Shown piece after piece: positions 28,519 to 38,565 of a stretch of 64,000 nt of DNA (positions are counted from its first letter, which is position 1; each line of letters starts with the position of its first letter). The notes under the pieces were generated by a model. That model saw only the letters and a program-made list of their open reading frames with translations, searched no databases and had not been told where the DNA came from. The translations under genes and the position numbers were made by a program. Source of the DNA: a virus (taxonomy: Duplodnaviria > Caudoviricetes); IMG/VR virus record IMGVR_UViG_3300022752_000014; one strand, given 5' to 3'.

Positions 28519-31010
28519 GATTTTACACTAATGTTCAATTGATTGGAAATCAATTTTTGGTTCGTGGCGTAGAGAATGGTAAAAGATTTGAGACGAGGGA
28601 TGAGTTCTTCCCAACTCTTTTTGTGAAGACTAAAAAAGATTCTAAGTATAGAACATTAAGTGGAGAAAAAGTTGAACCAGTCAAACCTGGTACTGTTCGG
28701 GATTGTCGTGAGTTTTATAGTAAGTATGAAGGCGTAGATGGATTTGAAATCTACGGTAATGACAGATACATCTATCAATATATCTCAGAAAAATATCCAG
28801 AGGATGAAATCAAGTTTGACATTAGTAAAATCAAACTTGTAACTTTGGATATCGAGGTTGCCTCTGAAGAGGGATTCCCCGATGTGGAATCTTGCTCTGA
28901 AGAGATTCTTGCGATTACAATTCAGGACTATACAACTAAGGAAATCATCACTTGGGGCGTTAAACCTTTCAAGCATGATCGTAAGGACTTGACGTATCAT
29001 CACTGCCCTTCTGAGTATGAGTTGCTGAGTCACTTCATCAACTATTGGATGGTGAATGTGCCTGATGTGATTACTGGATGGAATATTCAGTTGTATGATA
29101 TTCCTTATATCTGCAAACGACTTAATCGTGTCCTTGGTGAGAAACTAATGAAGCGATTCTCCAACTGGGGACTTGTAACTGAGGGAGAAACTTATATCAA
29201 GGGGAGAAAGCATACTACGTTTGATGTGGGTGGTTTAACTCAACTTGATTATCTTGATTTGTATAAGAAGTTTACCTATACAAATCAGGAATCATACCGC
29301 CTTGATTATATCGCTGAGGTTGAACTTGGTTCTAAAAAACTTGATCACTCTGAGTTTGATACTTTCAAAGACTTCTATACTCAAGGTTGGCAAAAGTTTA
29401 TTGAATATAACATCGTTGACGTAGAACTTGTTGATCGTCTTGAAGACAAGATGAAACTGATTGAGTTAGCACTTACAATGGCTTATGACGCCAAAGTAAA
29501 TTATGCTGACGTGTTTTATCAGGTTCGTATGTGGGATAATATTATCTACACCTATTTGAAGAAAAGAGATATTGTCATTCCCCCGAAGAATAAAACGCAG
29601 AAAGACGAAAAGTACGCTGGTGCTTATGTAAAAGAACCAATTCCTGGAATGTATGATTGGGTGGTGAGTTTTGACTTGAACTCACTATATCCACACCTGA
29701 TTATGATGTATAACATCTCTCCAGAAACTCTTGTAGAAGAAAAACATCCAACAGTTTCAGTTGATAAAATCCTGAATCAGAGTCTTAACTTTGAACTCTA
29801 TAAAGACTATGCGATTTGTGCCAACGGTGCTATGTATCGCAAAGACGTGCGTGGATTTCTCCCTGAACTGATGGAGAAGATTTACAATGAACGTGTAATT
29901 TTTAAAAAGAAAATGCTTGCGGCCGAGCAAGAGTATGAAAAGACAAAGAATAAGGAACTTGTAAAAGAGATTGCTCGCTGTAACAACATTCAAATGGCAC
30001 GTAAGATTCAACTTAACTCTGCTTATGGTGCGATTGGTAATCAGTATTTCCGTTATTACAAACTCGCAAATGCTGAAGCGATTACCCTCTCTGGACAGGT
30101 TTCTATTCAGTGGATTATGAATCGTGTCAATTCTTATTTAAACAAAGTTCTTAAAACGGATGGTGAAGATTATGTTATTGCCTCTGATACTGACTCTCTT
30201 TATATCAATATGGGTCCTTTGGTTGAAACTATATTCAAGGGAAGAGAGAAAACTACTGAAGGCATTGTCACGTTCCTTGATAAGATCTGTAAGGTGGAAC
30301 TTGAGAAGTATATTGAAGGTTCTTACCAAGAACTGGCTGACTACGCAAACGCCTACGAACAGAAAATGATTATGAAGCGTGAGTGTATTGCTGAACGTGG
30401 TATTTGGACTGCGAAGAAGCGATATATTCTCAGTGTATGGGATAGTGAAGGTGTTCGTTACGAGAAACCAAAACTGAAAATCAAGGGTATTGAAGCAATC
30501 AAATCTTCTACTCCTGCTCCTTGCCGTAAAATGCTGAAGGATTCTTTCAACATTATGATGAGTGGAACTGAAGATGATATGATTAGTTTTATTGATAAAT
30601 GTCGCCTTGAATTCAGGACACTTTCTCCAGAATCTATCTCTTTTCCACGTTCAGCATCAGACGTTCAAAAGTATCTATCATCATCGGACATTTATGTGAA
30701 AGGAACTCCCATTCACGTTCGTGGAGCACTTCTGTTTAATTATTACATTAAGAAGAACAAACTTACTAATAAGTATTCTGCTATCCAAAATGGCGAAAAG
30801 ATTAAGTTTGTTTATCTTAAGAAACCAAACACTATTCACGAAAATGTCATCTCATTTATTCAAGATTTTCCCAAGGAACTCAATCTTGACAAATACATAG
30901 ACTATGACTTACAATTTGAGAAAGCATTTCTAGAACCACTCAAAATTATCCTTGATTCTATTGGGTGGAGTGTGGAAAAAACTGTAAACCTTGAACTCTT
31001 TTTTGCTTAA
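28515..31010 (+). CDS. gp43: Family B DNA polymerase
   Basis: DIEV exonuclease motif, SFDLNSLYP, KIQLNSAYG, SDTDS, KKRY; uninterrupted. Confidence 0.98.
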   Translation: MRFYTNVQLIGNQFLVRGVENGKRFETRDEFFPTLFVKTKKDSKYRTLSGEKVEPVKPGTVRDCREFYSKYEGVDGFEIYGNDRYIYQYISEKYPEDEIKFDISKIKLVTLDIEVASEEGFPDVESCSEEILAITIQDYTTKEIITWGVKPFKHDRKDLTYHHCPSEYELLSHFINYWMVNVPDVITGWNIQLYDIPYICKRLNRVLGEKLMKRFSNWGLVTEGETYIKGRKHTTFDVGGLTQLDYLDLYKKFTYTNQESYRLDYIAEVELGSKKLDHSEFDTFKDFYTQGWQKFIEYNIVDVELVDRLEDKMKLIELALTMAYDAKVNYADVFYQVRMWDNIIYTYLKKRDIVIPPKNKTQKDEKYAGAYVKEPIPGMYDWVVSFDLNSLYPHLIMMYNISPETLVEEKHPTVSVDKILNQSLNFELYKDYAICANGAMYRKDVRGFLPELMEKIYNERVIFKKKMLAAEQEYEKTKNKELVKEIARCNNIQMARKIQLNSAYGAIGNQYFRYYKLANAEAITLSGQVSIQWIMNRVNSYLNKVLKTDGEDYVIASDTDSLYINMGPLVETIFKGREKTTEGIVTFLDKICKVELEKYIEGSYQELADYANAYEQKMIMKRECIAERGIWTAKKRYILSVWDSEGVRYEKPKLKIKGIEAIKSSTPAPCRKMLKDSFNIMMSGTEDDMISFIDKCRLEFRTLSPESISFPRSASDVQKYLSSSDIYVKGTPIHVRGALLFNYYIKKNKLTNKYSAIQNGEKIKFVYLKKPNTIHENVISFIQDFPKELNLDKYIDYDLQFEKAFLEPLKIILDSIGWSVEKTVNLELFFA

Positions 31011-31174
31011 TGGATCTACCTATTAATGATCAAGAACTGAATACTATTATTAATGCTATGGCTCTTGGTGGAGACACTGCATTGTTTCAAAAACTTAAAC
31101 TTGTAAAAGAACTCAGGGAACAGGGTTTACCTTATAAAAAAATACTTCGTGAAGAATACGGGATGGTAGCGTGA
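31010..31174 (+). CDS. Hypothetical protein (54 aa, MDLPINDQEL...)
   Basis: Read by hand; TAATG and GTGATG couplings on both sides. Confidence 0.65.
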   Translation: MDLPINDQELNTIINAMALGGDTALFQKLKLVKELREQGLPYKKILREEYGMVA

Positions 31175-32178
31175 TGGATTTTCTTAAAGATATTGTAAAA
31201 GAAATTGGTGATGACTTTACTAAGTTAGCGTCCGATATTGATGAGACTGAGACTTATGTTGACACGGGTTCGTACATTTTTAATGCACTGGTTTCAGGTA
31301 GCATATTTGGTGGTGTATCTGGGAATAAGATTACTGCTATTGCTGGAGAGTCTTCTACTGGAAAAACTTTCTTCTCTCTCGCTGTGGTTAAGAATTTTCT
31401 TGATACTCACCCCGATGGTTATTGTCTCTACTTTGATACTGAAGCCGCTATTACCAAGTCCCTTGTAGAATCCCGTGGAATCGATACTTCTCGCCTTGTT
31501 GTTGTTAATGTTGTTACAATTGAGGAGTTCCGTACTAAAGCACTCAAAGCAGTAGACTTATACTTAAAAAAACCTGTAGAAGAACGCAAACCTTGTATGT
31601 TTGTGTTAGACTCTCTCGGTATGCTTTCCACTGAGAAAGAAATTACTGATGCACTGAACGATAAACAAGTTCGTGATATGACTAAATCGCAACTTGTTAA
31701 AGGTGCTTTCCGAATGTTAACCCTTAAACTAGGACAGGCAAATGTACCGCTCATTGTCACAAATCATACATACGATGTCATCGGAGCTTACGTACCAACG
31801 AAAGAAATGGGCGGAGGTTCTGGACTCAAGTACGCAGCCTCTACGATCATCTATCTCAGCAAAAAGAAAGAGAAGGATGGAACAGAAGTGGTCGGCAATA
31901 TTATCAAAGCTAAGACTGCTAAATCGCGTTTGAGTAAGGAGAACAAAGATGTTGAAGTCCGTCTGTATTATGATGAGCGCGGCCTTGATCGTTACTATGG
32001 TCTTCTGGAACTTGGTGAGATTGGTGGACTCTGGAAGAATGTAGCAGGTCGCTATGAGATTGATGGTAAGAAAGTATATGCTAAACAGATTCTCAAAGAA
32101 CCTGAAGCATACTTTACTGAAGAAGTGATGCAAAAACTTGATGAAATTGCAAGAGAAGAGTTTAGTTACGGATCGTGA
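31174..32178 (+). CDS. uvsX: RecA-like recombinase UvsX
   Basis: GESSTGKT, FDTEAA, LDSLGML, MGGGSGLKYAAS. Confidence 0.96.
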   Translation: MDFLKDIVKEIGDDFTKLASDIDETETYVDTGSYIFNALVSGSIFGGVSGNKITAIAGESSTGKTFFSLAVVKNFLDTHPDGYCLYFDTEAAITKSLVESRGIDTSRLVVVNVVTIEEFRTKALKAVDLYLKKPVEERKPCMFVLDSLGMLSTEKEITDALNDKQVRDMTKSQLVKGAFRMLTLKLGQANVPLIVTNHTYDVIGAYVPTKEMGGGSGLKYAASTIIYLSKKKEKDGTEVVGNIIKAKTAKSRLSKENKDVEVRLYYDERGLDRYYGLLELGEIGGLWKNVAGRYEIDGKKVYAKQILKEPEAYFTEEVMQKLDEIAREEFSYGS

Positions 32179-32717
32179 TAAAGGTTCTTAAGACTGGAAT
32201 CAATGTATCTAAAGTTGTAGAACAACTTAAAAAGTATCCTCAGGACTGGGATCATCAGAAACATCTAAAGGATTCTCAGTCCTTAGTTGATAGAGGATTT
32301 GCTGACTTGCCAGTCAGTGCTCTTCAACTTATAATGGGTGGAGTCAAAAGTAAAGAAGACTTTGTTGGAGATTCTGAGATCAGCATCAAAACTCCAGCAT
32401 ATGAACATCACAGCGAAATCCGAAAGATTATACGCAAGCATTTTGGAAATAGAGAACTACATCGTTGTGGGTTTCTTTCTCTTCCTGTTGATGAAATTGT
32501 GGGTGCTCATATTGATGAAGGCACTTATTACTTAACAAGAGACAGATATCACCTTTCCATTGTTGGAAGATATCAGTATTTCTGTGGAACTGATAGTGTG
32601 ATTGTAGAACCTGGCACACTTTTATGGTTCAATAATAAACTACCACACGGCACCGTGAATATCGGTGATGAGACAAGAATAACATTCGTATTTGATATGC
32701 CCCATGGACAAAGTTGA
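32175..32717 (+). CDS. 2OG-Fe(II) oxygenase, aspartyl/asparaginyl beta-hydroxylase-like
   Basis: HID facial-triad motif, RYHL, WFNNKLPHG..N...RITFVFD. Confidence 0.8.
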   Translation: MIKVLKTGINVSKVVEQLKKYPQDWDHQKHLKDSQSLVDRGFADLPVSALQLIMGGVKSKEDFVGDSEISIKTPAYEHHSEIRKIIRKHFGNRELHRCGFLSLPVDEIVGAHIDEGTYYLTRDRYHLSIVGRYQYFCGTDSVIVEPGTLLWFNNKLPHGTVNIGDETRITFVFDMPHGQS

Positions 32718-34080
32718 GTTTCTGATTCTTCGCAATCTTCTTCATAATGAAGAGTATGTTCGCAAAGTTATTCCTTTTATTAAGGGGGAATATTTTGAGG
32801 ATACAAATCAGAAAGTTGTATTTGAAGAAATCTTGAAATTTATTCAAGAGTACAATGAACCTGCAACAAAAGAGGTTCTCTGTATTGAAGTAGAAAAGCG
32901 TCAGGATATTACTGACACTTCTTTCAAAGAAATTACTCATCTGATTGGTTGTCTTGACGATGTTCCTGCAGAATTTAATTGGTTAGTAGATACTACTGAA
33001 AAGTGGTGTCGTGACCGTGCCATCTATCTTGCTCTTATGGAGTCTATTCATATTGCAGATGGCAAAGATGAAAACAAAAATCGTGACAGCATCCCTACAA
33101 TTTTATCAGATGCTTTGGCAGTATCTTTTGATACTCACATCGGACACGATTATCTGTTAGACTATGAACTACGTTATGAGTCCTATCATAAAAAGGAAGA
33201 CAAAATTGAATTTGACCTGGAATATTTCAACAAAATCACGAAAGGTGGTCTCCCTAATAAGACTCTCAATATCGCTCTCGCTGGGACGGGCGTTGGGAAA
33301 TCGCTATTCATGTGTCATGTGGCTAGTTCCGTCTTACTGCAAGGCAGGAACGTTCTCTATATCACTCTTGAAATGGCGGAGGAGCGAATTGCTGAGCGAA
33401 TTGATGCCAACCTTCTCAATGTACCCATCCAAGATATTACTGACCTTCCCAAACAAATGTTTGAGAATAAGGTTACCAACCTTGCGAAGAAGACTCAAGG
33501 AACTCTTATAATTAAGGAATACCCTACGGCATCTGCTCATGCTGGGCACTTCAAGTCACTTCTTAATGAACTTGCACTTAAGAAATCATTTAGACCTGAT
33601 ATTATTTTCATTGATTACCTTAATATTTGTGCTTCCAGTAGGTATCGCGGAAATAGCAACATCAACTCTTATACTTTCGTCAAAGCAATTGCTGAAGAAC
33701 TTAGGGGGCTCGCAGTGGAGTTTAATGTCCCAATTGTCTCCGCTACTCAGACCACTCGTTCAGGTTATGGTTCTTCTGATGTTGAACTTACTGATACTTC
33801 TGAGTCCTTTGGTCTTCCTGCTACTGCTGACCTTATGTTTGCCCTTATTAGCACTGAAGAGTTGGAGGGACTTGGACAGATTTTAGTTAAGCAACTTAAG
33901 AATCGTTATAATGATCCTACCATTCATAAACGTTTTGTGATTGGTATTGATCGTGCCAAGATGCGTCTTTATGACTGTGAACAATCTGCTCAGCAAGATA
34001 TTCTTGACAACGGAAAAGAAGAAGAGTATGATTATGAAGAAAAGAAACCTAAAAAATCATTCGAAGGATTTAAATTCTAA
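32704..34080 (+). CDS. gp41: Replicative DnaB-like helicase
   Basis: AGTGVGKS, IFIDYLNI, SATQTTRSG, SESFGLPATAD. Confidence 0.97.
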   Translation: MDKVEFLILRNLLHNEEYVRKVIPFIKGEYFEDTNQKVVFEEILKFIQEYNEPATKEVLCIEVEKRQDITDTSFKEITHLIGCLDDVPAEFNWLVDTTEKWCRDRAIYLALMESIHIADGKDENKNRDSIPTILSDALAVSFDTHIGHDYLLDYELRYESYHKKEDKIEFDLEYFNKITKGGLPNKTLNIALAGTGVGKSLFMCHVASSVLLQGRNVLYITLEMAEERIAERIDANLLNVPIQDITDLPKQMFENKVTNLAKKTQGTLIIKEYPTASAHAGHFKSLLNELALKKSFRPDIIFIDYLNICASSRYRGNSNINSYTFVKAIAEELRGLAVEFNVPIVSATQTTRSGYGSSDVELTDTSESFGLPATADLMFALISTEELEGLGQILVKQLKNRYNDPTIHKRFVIGIDRAKMRLYDCEQSAQQDILDNGKEEEYDYEEKKPKKSFEGFKF

Positions 34081-34484
34081 TGACTATTGATCTTAACAAA
34101 TATGTTGAATTTGTTGATGCAACCACATCAAACCCCAGCAAACAATATAGTGAATTTCTCAAGCGTCTTCACAATCTTGAAGTTGAAGGATTTCCTACCG
34201 AGCGATTGCTTACTGCTGCTGTAGGAATGTCTGCCGAAGCAGGTGAATTTACTGAAGTTGTAAAGAAAATGATTTTCCAAGGCAAACCGGTAAATGAAGA
34301 AAATCTATTTCACCTGAAGCGTGAACTTGGAGATATTATGTGGTATGTTTCTCAAGCGTGTATTGGTTTGGATATTTCTCTTGAAGAAGTCATTCAAATG
34401 AACTTTGAGAAACTGAGTGCTCGTTATCCTGAGGGTGCTTTCACTATTGAACGTTCTGAAAATCGTAAAGAAGGAGACCTATGA
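34080..34484 (+). CDS. mazG: MazG-like nucleotide pyrophosphohydrolase
   Basis: EAGEFTE..KK, ELGDIMWY, NFEKLSARYP. Confidence 0.92.
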   Translation: MTIDLNKYVEFVDATTSNPSKQYSEFLKRLHNLEVEGFPTERLLTAAVGMSAEAGEFTEVVKKMIFQGKPVNEENLFHLKRELGDIMWYVSQACIGLDISLEEVIQMNFEKLSARYPEGAFTIERSENRKEGDL

Positions 34485-34636
34485 GTGAAACAACTTGGCC
34501 TTATAATCACCGACATTCTTCCGAACTCTGGGACATCACTGCTGAAATTCTTACAGAACTTTCCCGAAGAGATGAGGTTGAATATAGAGTCAAAGCAACA
34601 TCAGAATCTGTAAAGCAAAAATTAGAGGCATTATGA
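34481..34636 (+). CDS. Hypothetical protein (51 aa)
   Basis: Read by hand; GGAG RBS; ATGA overlaps at both ends. Confidence 0.6.
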   Translation: MSETTWPYNHRHSSELWDITAEILTELSRRDEVEYRVKATSESVKQKLEAL

Positions 34637-34821
34637 CCAAGGAAAAACAAGTATCAATCAAAGTAGATGTTCGTGCTGCAGCAGCAGTTCGCCAAGTTCT
34701 GTTTGATGCACAGCGAGGATATACTTATGATGAAGTAAGTGTTCCTCCTCGTATTGCTGATATTCGCTCAGTCGTTCAACAACTTGATGAAAGTATTGGT
34801 TCAGTATTAGGTGTTGAATAA
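34633..34821 (+). CDS. Hypothetical protein (62 aa)
   Basis: Coupled ORF. Confidence 0.65.
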   Translation: MTKEKQVSIKVDVRAAAAVRQVLFDAQRGYTYDEVSVPPRIADIRSVVQQLDESIGSVLGVE

Positions 34822-34838
34822 ATACTTAGAAAACAGCA

Positions 34839-35348
34839 ATGTATTTTTCTGAGTGGAGAAAACTTCAAAGAGACAGTGAGATGTTTAATATTTCACTGTC
34901 TTTTGTTGCAGAAGGAATTAGTAAAGAACACTTTGAAAAAATCGTTCATATGTTTCTTCCTTTTGCAAAAAAAGAACTTGGAATTAAAGAACTTCCAAAA
35001 ATACACTTTGTTGATGATCCAAAGTTTGCAAAGAGAATTGCTGCATTTGGACAGATTAAAGATAATCGTATTGTGATTGATATTCAAGATCGCCATACAA
35101 TAGATATTTTAAGAACTGTTGCTCACGAACTTACACATTATCGCCAACATAGAAGTGGAGTTCACGGAAATAGTGCTGCTGGAAGTCCTTCGGAGAATGA
35201 GGCAAATAAACTTGCTGGAACAGTTGTAAGAAAGTTTGGTGAAAAACATCCAAACTTATTCACAGTTTCCGCAGTAAATGAAGCTAGAAAGAAAAGAAAG
35301 AAAACGATTAACATTGATTCCGAACACTATCCAACGGAACTAGTCTGA
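34839..35348 (+). CDS. Late HExxH zinc-metallopeptidase-like protein
   Basis: LRTVAHELTHYRQH..ENEAN; TAAATA at 34819. Confidence 0.7.
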   Translation: MYFSEWRKLQRDSEMFNISLSFVAEGISKEHFEKIVHMFLPFAKKELGIKELPKIHFVDDPKFAKRIAAFGQIKDNRIVIDIQDRHTIDILRTVAHELTHYRQHRSGVHGNSAAGSPSENEANKLAGTVVRKFGEKHPNLFTVSAVNEARKKRKKTINIDSEHYPTELV

Positions 35349-35378
35349 TTGATAAATAAATCAGAAGATATTGTTAAT

Positions 35379-35951
35379 CTAATGGATAGCAAAGAACTTA
35401 GAGGTTTGATGGAAGCATATTCTGAAGTGTATGCTCCTCTAGATATCTTTGTTGATGAGGGATATCAAAGAGATCCTGAAGGTGCTGAGAGAAAGAAAAC
35501 TCATTCCAAGCAACCAGATCCATCTAAACCTGGATTCACTGGTATTGGAAATATGAGCATCGATCAGATTAGAAAAATGTCTGCTCGCATTGAAAAAGAA
35601 AATACGAAAAAGGAAGAAGTAGATATCTTTGATACAGTTCTTGAGTATCTCGTTGCTGAAGGTTATGCTGATAATAACCAAGAAGCACTTTATATTATGG
35701 CAAATTTAAGTGAAGAGGAAATTCTTGAGTATAGAAAATTAGCAGCAGGGCTAGTTGGTGGAATGATGGCACTGAATATGATGAAGCCTGGAGTGGCTCC
35801 AACAGGAATAAAGAGCCAGGCGCCAGAACCAGACAAAACAGAATTAGTATCTAAAGCAGATAAAGCAAAAAAAGATGCAGAAGAGCGCAGACAAGCAGAT
35901 TTATACGCACAGTCTAGAGTTGAATATTCAAGACAAATTGGTATGAAGTGA
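35379..35951 (+). CDS. Late hypothetical protein (MDSKELRGLMEAY family)
   Basis: TAAATA at 35353; ATG start chosen downstream of the promoter. Confidence 0.7.
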   Translation, partial: LMDSKELRGLMEAYSEVYAPLDIFVDEGYQRDPEGAERKKTHSKQPDPSKPGFTGIGNMSIDQIRKMSARIEKENTKKEEVDIFDTVLEYLVAEGYADNNQEALYIMANLSEEEILEYRKLAAGLVGGMMALNMMKPGVAPTGIKSQAPEPDKTELVSKADKAKKDAEERRQADLYAQSRVEYSRQIGMK

Positions 35952-35953
35952 TG

Positions 35954-35981
35954 AAAAAAAGGAGGGATAAAACCCTCCTTT
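35954..35981. terminator. Bidirectional terminator between convergent genes
   Basis: A7-GGAGGG-ataaaa-CCCTCC-TTT. Confidence 0.75.
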
Positions 35982-35985
35982 AACT

Positions 35986-36189
35986 TTATTTGGAACTCAC
36001 AAAAGAGTTGATTTTATTTGCAAGTTCTTCAATATACTCATAAGAAGGAAATTGGGGATAATCCATCTTTACAGTATTCATAGAGTTCTCATTCCAGCAA
36101 CGAGCAGTATCATATTCAATATTAAACTTATCATTTGCGTGAGCATATGCTTGCTTGAAAATTTCAAACCGAAGTTCATAAGGTGTCAT
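35986..36189 (-). CDS. Hypothetical protein (67 aa, MTPYELRFEIFKQAY...)
   Basis: GGAGA RBS on the minus strand, own promoter, ends at the bidirectional terminator. Confidence 0.75.
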   Translation of the reverse strand: MTPYELRFEIFKQAYAHANDKFNIEYDTARCWNENSMNTVKMDYPQFPSYEYIEELANKINSFVSSK

Positions 36190-36234
36190 AGGTATTCTCC
36201 TAATTTGTGTGTGATGTGTATTAAACACAAAAGC

Positions 36235-36262
36235 ACTATATCATAAATAATCAAAAAGTCAA
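36235..36262 (-). promoter_or_regulatory. Sigma70-type promoter (minus strand) overlapping the plus-strand late promoter at 36244
   Basis: TTGACT-N16-TATAGT with a TG extended -10. Confidence 0.6.
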
Positions 36263-36268
36263 GAAATA

Positions 36269-36814
36269 ATGAAAACCTTTCAACAATTTGTGAATGAAGC
36301 ATATCAGAAACTTGATGAAAGATATAAACCACTTCCAGTAGGAAGAATGGATCGCAGAGCAATTAGAACTGCTGCAACTGGAGTAGGTCATTTGGGAGTT
36401 GCTGGAGCAGCAATTGGAGCAGAAAATGCTGTTGGTGAAATTGGTGATTTGCCAGATGAAATTGCCAGAAGGTCTGTAGAGAGGTCAGTTAGACCTTTAG
36501 AAAGATCTTCTAAAATAATAAAAACAAGATTAACTCACTCTCCAGAAAGATCTCAAGAAAGAGAAAAGATTAACAAACAAAAAGCAAATAAAGTTAATGA
36601 AGATTTAAGACAACTTCAAAAAGATTTGGATACTCTTGAGTATAAGGCAGGACCTAGACAAAGACTTGCTGCAAGAAAACAAGCAGCAAGACAAAGAAGT
36701 AGAACTTCGGCAGCGGACTTTAGAGAAAGGTCTCTACAAAGAGCAGCAAGTATGAAAGCAAGACAGCAACAAATGAGAAAAGACTATCTTCATAGGACTG
36801 GACAGGCAAACTAA
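36269..36814 (+). CDS. Late basic protein with capsid-targeting-like N-terminus (MKTFQQFVNEA)
   Basis: 181 aa, R/K-rich; TAAATA at 36244. Confidence 0.7.
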   Translation: MKTFQQFVNEAYQKLDERYKPLPVGRMDRRAIRTAATGVGHLGVAGAAIGAENAVGEIGDLPDEIARRSVERSVRPLERSSKIIKTRLTHSPERSQEREKINKQKANKVNEDLRQLQKDLDTLEYKAGPRQRLAARKQAARQRSRTSAADFRERSLQRAASMKARQQQMRKDYLHRTGQAN

Positions 36815-36835
36815 ATAAACACGGAAGGTTGCTCC

Positions 36836-36871
36836 AACCCACTTGACTTTTAGTTAAGTGGGTTTTATAAT
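36836..36871 (+). promoter_or_regulatory. Hairpin with embedded sigma70 promoter for tRNA-Ala
   Basis: AACCCACTTGAC-tttta-GTTAAGTGGGTT; TTGACT(36843)-N17-TATAAT(36866). Confidence 0.8.
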
Positions 36872-36881
36872 ATCTGTATTC

Positions 36882-36954
36882 GGGGAATTAGCTCATTTGG
36901 TAGAGCACCGCCTTTGCACGGCGGGGGTGAGGGGTTCGAGTCCCCTATTCTCCA
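36882..36954 (+). tRNA. tRNA-Ala (TGC)
   Basis: Cloverleaf, G3:U70 pair, anticodon loop ttTGCac, TTCGA loop; no encoded CCA. Confidence 0.95.
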
Positions 36955-36986
36955 TTCTAAATACTTAAAATAAGTATGAAATATAA

Positions 36987-38528
36987 ATGGCAGGCAAGAT
37001 AGCTGCAGAAACTTTAAACGAAACAATGTGGGTTGTTTATTATGCCATTTGTAAGAAATCCAGCAACTTTGTTATAAGAGGAACTAATATTGATGCAAAC
37101 TATTGGATTGATGTGTTTGGGTCAAAGGATAAACTAAAAGGATTTCTAAAGAAGTTTGGATTGGAATCTGACTTGGAAGAGTTTTCTTATGAGATAAGAG
37201 ACATTGATTCAAAGATGGATGCAACTTATGCTAAAAGTTTTTTTGTTAGTAATGACTGGCACAACGCACTGAAATCACAAGTTCAAAATTTTCTAAAGAA
37301 TAGTAAAGTTGGTTTTACTAAAAATCTAGATATTATTCGCCAAGATGGTTTTTATAAGGTCAGTGGTTTAGAAGAATTTTTAAAAAAGATTTGGAACGTA
37401 TTCCAATTTAGGGGAACTTTTGATCGTTGGAATCCATCCGACGTTTGGTTTTATGATGCATCTTCCATTAGAGAAATAAAGGCATATCTGAAAACAACCT
37501 CTGTTTATAATCGGGAAGTAATACTTCTCTCTCAAAGAGTTCAAAAAAATTATGCTTTGGAGGACGTTGTTGGATTAAACAGATTATTTGTTAAATTATA
37601 TGAGGAGAAAAAATTAGCACCAATATCACTTAAAAAGGCAACATCCACAAAGGGAGTTTATTCTTCCCGAATTGGATTGGTGAATGTTCCTCAAGATGAT
37701 ATGGGAAGACCAACTCCACCAAAAGTTACTGCAACACAATTACCAATTAAACCTTATCCTAAAGATTATGTCGCTGGTGGTTTATCTGGTAGTGGTGGTA
37801 AAGATTTGAAATATGATATTGAAATTGACCAAGTGATTTTGGATGAGAATGGAAGAAAAAAGTATGTGAGAGAATATGATTACGTCGGATATAATGCAAA
37901 GGGAAAAACTCTTGGTGTTAAAAAGGAAAGGCAATTCTCTCAAGCACAAGGCGGTTCTTTAGGACTGGATATTGCAGAAAAGGTTTTATACACTGCTCAG
38001 GGAAGTAGAGAAATTAAAAAAGTCAGAGATGAGGTATTTAAATCAAGTTTATCCGCTGATATGTTAAGTAAGGGTGAGATGAAGGGTAAAGATAGAGATG
38101 CACAATTTAGTAATGCTCTTGATTATATCCAGAGAATGTGTGAGGAACTTGAACCATCTGTTAAGAACAAATCAATTAGATTTGCTAGAACCGATGCAAA
38201 CAATAACCGAGAACTCAAAAACAAAGATGCTTATATAGAAGCGCAAAATAAACTTGAAATTGCAATGGCGATTGAAAAATCAGGAGTGCCTGATGAAATT
38301 GTGTTAGACTTGTGGAAGGCAATTACAAGTAAAGGTATAACTAATAGAAAAGATTATGAAAGATTGATTGAAAGAATTGGTAAGTCTAAGTATGAACAAT
38401 CCAGAAAGAAAGGACAAAAAAGACTCACTCAACAACAAGCGGATGAAGCAGCAGCACAATCTTTAAGAGCAACTATTGTTGGTAGTGCATCAAAGGTCCC
38501 TGGGTCCTTTCATTTAAAACTCTATTAA
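36987..38528 (+). CDS. Late hypothetical protein, possible PD-(D/E)XK nuclease fold
   Basis: DRWNPSDVWF...PISLKK motif pair; TAAATA at 36958. Confidence 0.55.
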   Translation: MAGKIAAETLNETMWVVYYAICKKSSNFVIRGTNIDANYWIDVFGSKDKLKGFLKKFGLESDLEEFSYEIRDIDSKMDATYAKSFFVSNDWHNALKSQVQNFLKNSKVGFTKNLDIIRQDGFYKVSGLEEFLKKIWNVFQFRGTFDRWNPSDVWFYDASSIREIKAYLKTTSVYNREVILLSQRVQKNYALEDVVGLNRLFVKLYEEKKLAPISLKKATSTKGVYSSRIGLVNVPQDDMGRPTPPKVTATQLPIKPYPKDYVAGGLSGSGGKDLKYDIEIDQVILDENGRKKYVREYDYVGYNAKGKTLGVKKERQFSQAQGGSLGLDIAEKVLYTAQGSREIKKVRDEVFKSSLSADMLSKGEMKGKDRDAQFSNALDYIQRMCEELEPSVKNKSIRFARTDANNNRELKNKDAYIEAQNKLEIAMAIEKSGVPDEIVLDLWKAITSKGITNRKDYERLIERIGKSKYEQSRKKGQKRLTQQQADEAAAQSLRATIVGSASKVPGSFHLKLY

Positions 38529-38565
38529 CTTAAAAATAATAAATATAGGTATAGAAACAAACAAT

